A DNA stretch of 64,000 nt from Isurus oxyrinchus. Lineage: Eukaryota. Shown one piece after another: positions 57,601 through 64,000 of this stretch. Location: assembly GCA_026770705.1 (NCBI GenBank), contig JANJGN010000026.1:32612001-32676000 (forward strand), read 5' to 3'. The position numbers and the translations under genes were made by a program. Under the pieces are notes generated by a model. That model was given only the letters and a program-made list of their open reading frames with translations, was not told the DNA's origin and did no database searches. Position 1 is the stretch's first letter. Every line of letters begins with the position of its first letter.

Positions 57601-58546
57601 TATACCTCCTGAGTCTGTGACTTTGCAGTGTGAGAAATCCTCTATCGGAGCAGAAATGCAGATCCCCGTCCCACTGCACTGCTGATCCAACCAATGACAG
57701 GAAAGGACCAGCTGCAGCAAACTTTCCAATAACACAATCGTTCTGAGCAAAATCAGCAAACGGAAGCTGTGGGTGGGATACCGCAGACTCAGTATTGAGT
57801 GAAGTGTGCGGTGACTCTCAGCTGCACATGGAACTGGTGGAGCGGAAATAGCGACGGTTGAATCTGCAGAATTCTCTGACCATCCTGCACCTGCTCACTG
57901 TTCCACTGACTGAGAACAAACAAGATGGGAGGGACAGGAAAGGCTTAGAATCTTAGAGGAAGGACTGAGGCAATTCGGCCAATCATGTCTAGGCCTCATT
58001 GAAAGAGTTATGTAATTCATCTTTCGTCCCCGCATGTCCCACAGAGCCGGATATTTTGCAGTGGTTCCAGCTCTAAACAAGTGGCAGTGTAGTAGTGAAT
58101 ATAATCTTTCCCTATCTTTTTTGTTCTCAAAATGGTGGCCTTGTATTTTCGAATTTTCTGCTAATGGAAGCAATCCAATACATCCAACTTCTTATCATTT
58201 TCAATATTTCGATTAAATGTGTCCTTTAATAATTTGGCAGAAGAAGGCTAACATCAGTTTCTCTAGCCTTCTCACATTGAAGGCCGTCAGCCCTGGCGCC
58301 ATCCCAGTCTACTTTCTCCAATATTTTGACATTCATGTAAATGGCATTTCTTTGGCGGCTAAACAGTGATTTACAAAGGATTATCATTACTTTCCGCCAT
58401 AAACATCAACAAAGATAAGGACCGAGTCTGATTAGATCCAATTTGGATTTCTGAGAGAACAGACCTGACATTGGTGTTTTGACATGTGAATCAGTAAACC
58501 CGAAATCCACCCGATGGCCCCAGTTCTCAACCGGATTGAACAGAAT

Positions 58547-58565
58547 CCGCCAGCAGAGGGCGCCA
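58547..58565 (+). promoter_or_regulatory. Strong CTCF motif upstream of family E V
   Basis: CCGCCAGCAGAGGGCGCCA. Confidence 0.7.
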
Positions 58566-59053
58566 CACCCAAGCGTGCTAATTATAAAGGCACGTGTCAC
58601 CAACGCCACAGCCAATAAGGATGGTATGCTGAGTGAGGTCTCTCAGGGTAAGGGGTCTTGAATTTAAGACAGAGATGAAGAGAAATTTCTTCTCTCAGAG
58701 GATAGTGAATCTGTGGAATTGTTTACCACAGAGGGCTGAAGAGGCTGGCTCGTTAAATATATCCAAGGCTGAGATGGACAGACGTTTAATCAGTAAGGGA
58801 ATCAAAGGTTATGGGGAAAAGGTAGGAAAGCGGAGGTGCGGATTATCAGATCAGCCATGCCCTAATTGAATGGCGGAGAAGGCTCGATGGGCCGAATGGC
58901 CTACTTCTGCTCTTATGGTTTTTTGGTCGCGATGGGCCTGGCCCCCTGCAGTGTGTGGAATGAACAATGAGATGAACAGAGCCCGGGTTTCACCTCTCCT
59001 TCTCAATCTCTGGATCATTCCATTCGCATTCACTGAGAGAGATTCACTCAGAC

Positions 59054-59544
59054 GTGTTTCTGATAATACTGGCAGTTGTGTTCGACAGTAAGTACTGGAT
59101 TATGTTTATCATGGCAGGATTGATCCAAACAGCTTGTACTGGGAATTAATGTAGGTAACGATAATTTGGTAAATGGGAATTTACGCACACTCATAGACCT
59201 GATACAAATTTAGGCCTCTCTTTAAGCTCCTGCTCTTTTCTTAATCTATCTTCACAGACGGACTTGTCCAGATCCAGTAACTCATTCACCAGTGACATTA
59301 ACTGCGCTAGTTATGTACAGTATACAATGGTATCGGCAGAAGCTGGCACACCCTTCAAGTTCGGTAATCAGCAAACAAATAGGACTGAAAATAGATGAAA
59401 TCTCAGGACGATATCTGGCGGCTGCTCACGAGTCTAAGAAGTCTGGTTATCTCAATATAAGAGGCCTGAGTGTGGAGGACGGAGCAGACTATTGTTGTGC
59501 TGTGAGGCCGTGTCAGATATAAGCCGAAAACCCGCACAGAAACC
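59054..59544 (+). pseudogene. TCR V segment, family E (pseudogene)
   Basis: GTG start, first-Cys region deleted; IQWYRQK..SGYLNIRGLSVEDGADYCCAVR; heptamer damaged; nonamer 59536-59544. Confidence 0.85.
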
Positions 59545-59584
59545 TCAGCGAGTATTTGCTGCTTAGTTAAGTGTTTCTGATGTC

Positions 59585-59898
59585 GAACTAGGACTTTAGT
59601 TTGTTCCCGGGCTCACAGAGAGCAAAACCTGACAGGTTTGCTTTGAAACATTTGTATTGCTGCCTTTGGCCTTGTCGAAATCAGCAGACAGCTGGCCTGG
59701 AAAATTTTGAATCTCGGCTCCATGGCCCGAGATATAACTCTTCAGTAAATATCTCGGAGCTTACCCAGCAAATTGATGTACCAGCAGATGCAGAGAAAGC
59801 TCACAGATATGGAGTAACTATAGTTGATCATTACGGTCTGTTGTTACACAAAGTTAACTCAAAGGGATCCAGGGACAATTGCTCGACAATACTCATTG
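59585..59898 (-). pseudogene. V relic, family A'
   Basis: Paralogue of 13745-14066. Confidence 0.7.
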
Positions 59899-60079
59899 CT
59901 GTAACAAAACAAAGTGTGTCAAAATCTGGGATTGAATTTAACACATGAAATAGACAATAATTCTTTAAATATTGAATCACCAAGCAGCATGCCCATTATC
60001 AAAAAGCACCATAGAGGGCACGTGCTGTCTGGTATAGACTTCAACAGAAAGTAACTAAATTTCAAACGAATGTTGAGGT

Positions 60080-61200
60080 GAGTGGCTGAGGTGACATCAG
60101 GGCAGCAGTTGACTAAGTGTGGCATCAAGGAGCAGTAGCAATACGGGCGTCAATGGGAATCAGGAAGGAAACACTCTGCTGGTTGGAGTCGTACCAAACA
60201 GAAAGGAAGATGGTTGTGGTTGTTGCCGGATGATCACTGCAGGAGTTCCTAACGTAGAGTCCTCGGCCCAACCGTCTTCAGCTGCTTCATCAATGACTTT
60301 CCTTCCATCATAAGGTGAGGAGTGAGGGTGTTCGCTGATGATAGCATAATGTTCAGCACCATTCGTGACTCCTCAGATACTGAGGCAGACCATGTTCAAA
60401 TGCAGCAAGACCTGGACAATATCCAGGCTTGGACTGACAAGTGGCAAGTAACATTCGCACCACACAAGTGCCAGGCAATCACCATCTCCAGAAAGAGAGA
60501 ATCCAACCATTGTCCCTTGATGTTCAATGGCATTACAATCACTGAGCCCCCCAGTATGAATATCCCGGGGGTTACCATTGACCAGAAACTGAACTGCACT
60601 GGCCATATAAATACAGTGGCTAAAAGAACAGACCAGGGTCTAGGAATCCTGCGGCAATTAACTCACTTCCTGACTCCCTGTCCACCATCTACTAGACACA
60701 AGTCAGAAGTGTGATGGAATGCTCACCCATTGCCTGGATGTGTGCAGCTCCCACAGCACTAAAGAAGCTTGACACTATCCAGGACAAAGCAACCCACTTT
60801 ATTGGCACCCCATCCACAATCATTCACCCCCTCCACAACCGACGAATAGTTGCAGCTGTGTGTACCATCTCCAAGATGCACTGCAGGAATTCACCAAGGC
60901 TGCTTAGGTAGCACCTTCCAAACCCTCGAATACTACCATCTAGAAGGACAAGGGCAGTAAAAACATGGGAACAGCAGCATCTGGGAATTTCCCCTCCAAG
61001 GAATTCACCATCCTGACCTGGAAATATATCGCTGTTCCTTCACTGCCGCTGGGTCAAAGCCCTGGAACTCGTTCCTTAACAGCGCTGTGGGTGTACCTAC
61101 ACCACGGACTGCAACGGTTCAAGAAGGCAGCTCACCAGCATTTTCTCAAGGGGAATTAGGGATGCGCAATGCATTTTGGCCTGGCCAGCATCCTGTAAAA
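60080..61200 (+). mobile_element. LINE RT 3' fragment
   Basis: VFADD..QQDLDNIQAWTDKWQVTF; same insertion as 14240-15380. Confidence 0.9.
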
Positions 61201-61329
61201 TGAACAAAAGTCACAACTTAGCGTCGTTCAAGGTAATACTATAATGGAAAGTACAGTCTAGCAGAAGATAACGGATCTGGATAATGGATGTATGAAATAT
61301 TGCTGTCAGAAATAGTGATCACGCTCACA

Positions 61330-61682
61330 TGTGGGAAAAAGTAAGATATCCAAGGGTACAATCCCTAAAGTGAAGCTCAGATTCATGTGTCGGATGCTAT
61401 CCATTTGTATAAAACAACTGCCAGAAGATTCAAGCCAAGATAGCCACCGGCTGAAGGAATCGCCGTTGTGTATCAAACTGAGCCCAGCACCAGTTACACT
61501 GAGCGAGCCAGATTCGAGGCTCTGGGACTTGTGTTGAAGCTGAGACGGAGCTTCGGCATTCATGGTGTCTGAGATTGAAGGCTGCGAATGCGCCAGACCA
61601 TCCATTATGTGACGTACGTCTGTGGTCTGCGTGACATCACCTTGTAAACTTTGTGACATCCAACAATCAGATTGACGTCAGT
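61330..61682 (-). pseudogene. Orphan family C leader with CRE promoter
   Basis: MNLSFTLGIVPLDILLFPT|gtgagc; TGACGTCA 61673-61680. Confidence 0.72.
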
Positions 61683-61779
61683 CGGTCTGGGTTGAGGGTC
61701 AGAAACATCTTTCCAGAAGCTGATCTGGATATTGAGACCTCAGTTTAAGGGAATTAAAAGCTGATCAGAAGCAGGAAAG

Positions 61780-61979
61780 GCGGTCTAACCTGCAGATTCA
61801 TTTGGTGATGGATCAGTCGGACGGATCGGAATCTGCAGCTTATTTTCTCGGCCTCTGTTGCAAACAGTTGGTGACAGTTTCTCCGAGGTGAATGCGGTTT
61901 CATCTGGGTTCGTGTTTGAGCGGCTGACAGCGCCGATGAACATTGTGGCTGCACCTGCCCTGGATTCTGTACAAACCCC
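61780..61979 (+). repeat. Family F V-like relic with 12-spacer RSS-like end
   Basis: CACCTGC 61952-61958, 12 bp, ACAAACCCC 61971-61979. Confidence 0.65.
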
Positions 61980-62769
61980 ATCTGGCAGGAGCTGTCAGAC
62001 AAAGCGCGAAGAACGGAGATGAGACTGCTTTCCATCATAAACTCCAGCTGTGAGCCTTGATCCTGATCAGCTCTTCAGAGTCCACTTTCTCCGTTCAGAG
62101 AGAGGTGTGACTGCTTGAATGGTGCTGTTGCTATTTTCCTGCCTCGCTGATTGCCTGAAAATATGAGTAAGACTGCCCCTGTAAATGCAGCCCGACCGGG
62201 ACAAGCCAGTACTAGGATAAAACGTAGTTCATCCCATGTAATATCACAGATTATGCTTAAAGCAGCCACTTCTCTTCCATTTAATCATTCGAGGAGTGAC
62301 AAAATCTCCATGACTTAGATCTGAAATCCGTACGCAAACAGGAAAACCAGACTGGAGGTTGATTAAAATTGAAATATTGGTTCGGATATGAGACGAACTG
62401 TGTTTGTTCCATAATTACCTTTTCGAAATGCTTCACTTCTCCCCCGTCCCCCAGCACCATTTGACCCCAGTTGCTGGGTGGCTACATTGTGCTCGGGGCT
62501 TATTTTAAAGGATGAAAACACAACCTGATGAAATGTCTTCATTTTCTGTACATTGTTTCTGAACCAGCAAAATACTCTCATCAAATAGACACGATGTGCC
62601 GGCTTTGACAAAGGGACCTAGAAGGAGAGAGTGAAGATGGGGATAGGGCTGCTTAAGAGTTCAGACAGGCGAGGAAAAATCATCGAAAGTCTAAATGTGA
62701 ATTAGCGCAACACAAATTTATTCATGGAATTCATTTTTAGCATATTTGAAAGTTAAAGCCAACTAATAA

Positions 62770-62905
62770 AAGTTCTGATGAAGAGTCATACGGACTCAAA
62801 ACTTTAACTGTATTCTTCTGCGCAGCTGCTGTCAGGCCTGCTGAGTTTTTCCAGGTATTTTTGTTTTTGTTTCAGATTTCCAGCATCCGCAGTATTTTGC
62901 TTTTA
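62770..62905 (+). mobile_element. Short Penelope-like terminus with a decayed hammerhead core
   Basis: ctgatgaagagtcatacggactcaaaac; absent at the paralogous site ~17388. Confidence 0.75.
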
Positions 62906-63079
62906 TACTATAATATAATTCCCCAGTTGCTGCCCGCCCGTTCTTCTTCAGCGCTGCCTTTATTTTGATATTTTATTAAAAGTTTGTGATCCTTTAAGTC
63001 CGAGCTATTGCTTCCGTTTATCGGTGTGAGTGCGCCCTCTTCTGAGCACTAACCGGAACTGGGATCCGCTGTATCTCTG

Positions 63080-63512
63080 CAGCATGGCACAGAACTATAT
63101 GGCACTGTCGGAGAGGAGAACCCCGGCGATATTTAAAGGAATCATTTTATTTCCTTTGTGCAAAACAGCTGAGAACCTGTCTGGGGAATCTGGAGACTTC
63201 TCTGCATCCCCCAAGCGATATATCTTCATTAAATATCTCGGAGCTTCCCCGGGATACTGGATGTACCAGAACAGAGTTGAAACAGCAGCTTTCGAGTAAT
63301 TACAGTCCAGTTTTATGCTCTGTCCTTCCAGAACCGTTAACTCAGGGGGATCTTGGGAAACTGAATCTTTACCATTTGTTCCTGCAACAAAGCACAGAAT
63401 GTATCAAATATCTGGGAGTAAAGATAACACAAGTAATGGACACTGACCATTTAAGCATTGACTCACCGGGCAGCAAGCCATTATTAGCAGTAAGGAACAT
63501 GGGGAATACAGG
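63080..63512 (-). pseudogene. TCR V segment, family A (pseudogene, RSS deleted)
   Basis: Paralogue of 17582-18015; start codon lost, TAG at the conserved Tyr before the second Cys, heptamer and nonamer deleted; CTCF-like remnant 63031-63047. Confidence 0.88.
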
Positions 63513-64000
63513 ATGACAGGATTAGAGTTTGGAAGATGTAAGATATAATTGGAAATATGTTGACACTTCTGTTCTGATTGTAAAGACGAAAGTCGGATCA
63601 GGGGCAGGCTTCACTTATTGAGAAACTTAGGGGTGTGTCCCAGCGACAAGATTGGCTGGTGTCTCAGAACTGATGACAGTTGAGCGCCAATCAATGTTCC
63701 CTGTGGACAGATTATTTCTTCCGACTTTCTCCTCCCTGTCTTTCTCGGCCTCTCCGGATCATTCTTGGTTTCGTGATCTCTCTGTCTCATTTTGCCTTTC
63801 AGTCTCCATGGATCCATATCCCCTTTCTCTGTTTCTGACCCTTTCTGACAAACACTTTCTCTGCCTCTTTCTGTTTTTCCCGTTTTGCCTGAGGTTCAGA
63901 GTGCAGAAAATCCAATTTATCCCTGTCTCCCATTTCAATGAGTTCAGAAAAGTGCTCACTTCATAGGAGCAGTTACAGTCGATAAATTATTTAACCGTAG

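Larger units (their letters stand above)
55305..64000 (+). repeat. Segmental duplication, copy 2 (paralogue of 7010-18510)
   Basis: Collinear homology throughout. Confidence 0.9.

Noticed and set aside
1-64000. IgH-like V segments, D, J or TCR constant exons
   Set aside because: No VH-type WVRQ/YYCAR frameworks, FGxG J motifs with a 12-RSS, or intact C exons were seen

Overview
Vertebrate DNA, most likely cartilaginous fish (shark-type CR1, SINE and Penelope repeats). The window is part of a T-cell receptor alpha/delta-type variable (V) gene array. I find about 25 V segments or relics from about 8 families (informal labels A, A', B, C, D, E, G, H), in mixed orientation, many followed by recombination signal sequences (RSS), plus a further V-like repeat family labelled F. 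No convincing D, J or TCR C exons are present. Four V genes have intact leader+V reading frames: 6397-6897(+), 17582-18015(-), 23342-23674(+) and 32082-32541(+). A fifth (57102-57600, -) has an intact V exon but ATA in place of ATG. The rest are pseudogenes. The array was built by direct and inverted cassette duplications and is interspersed with LINE, SINE and Penelope-like fragments. There are three N gaps. Most notable: (i) CTCF-type motifs at a fixed ~20-25 bp downstream of the RSS in two V families; (ii) a six-copy V-like repeat ending in a 12-bp-spacer RSS-like signal that faces a 23-RSS; (iii) an intronless leader-V family; (iv) an intact V with a VNAR-length, CDR2-truncated domain; (v) hammerhead ribozyme cores in a palindromic Penelope element; (vi) a possible C1-set Ig exon relic. 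All calls were made by eye; no database searches were run, and family and repeat boundaries are approximate.
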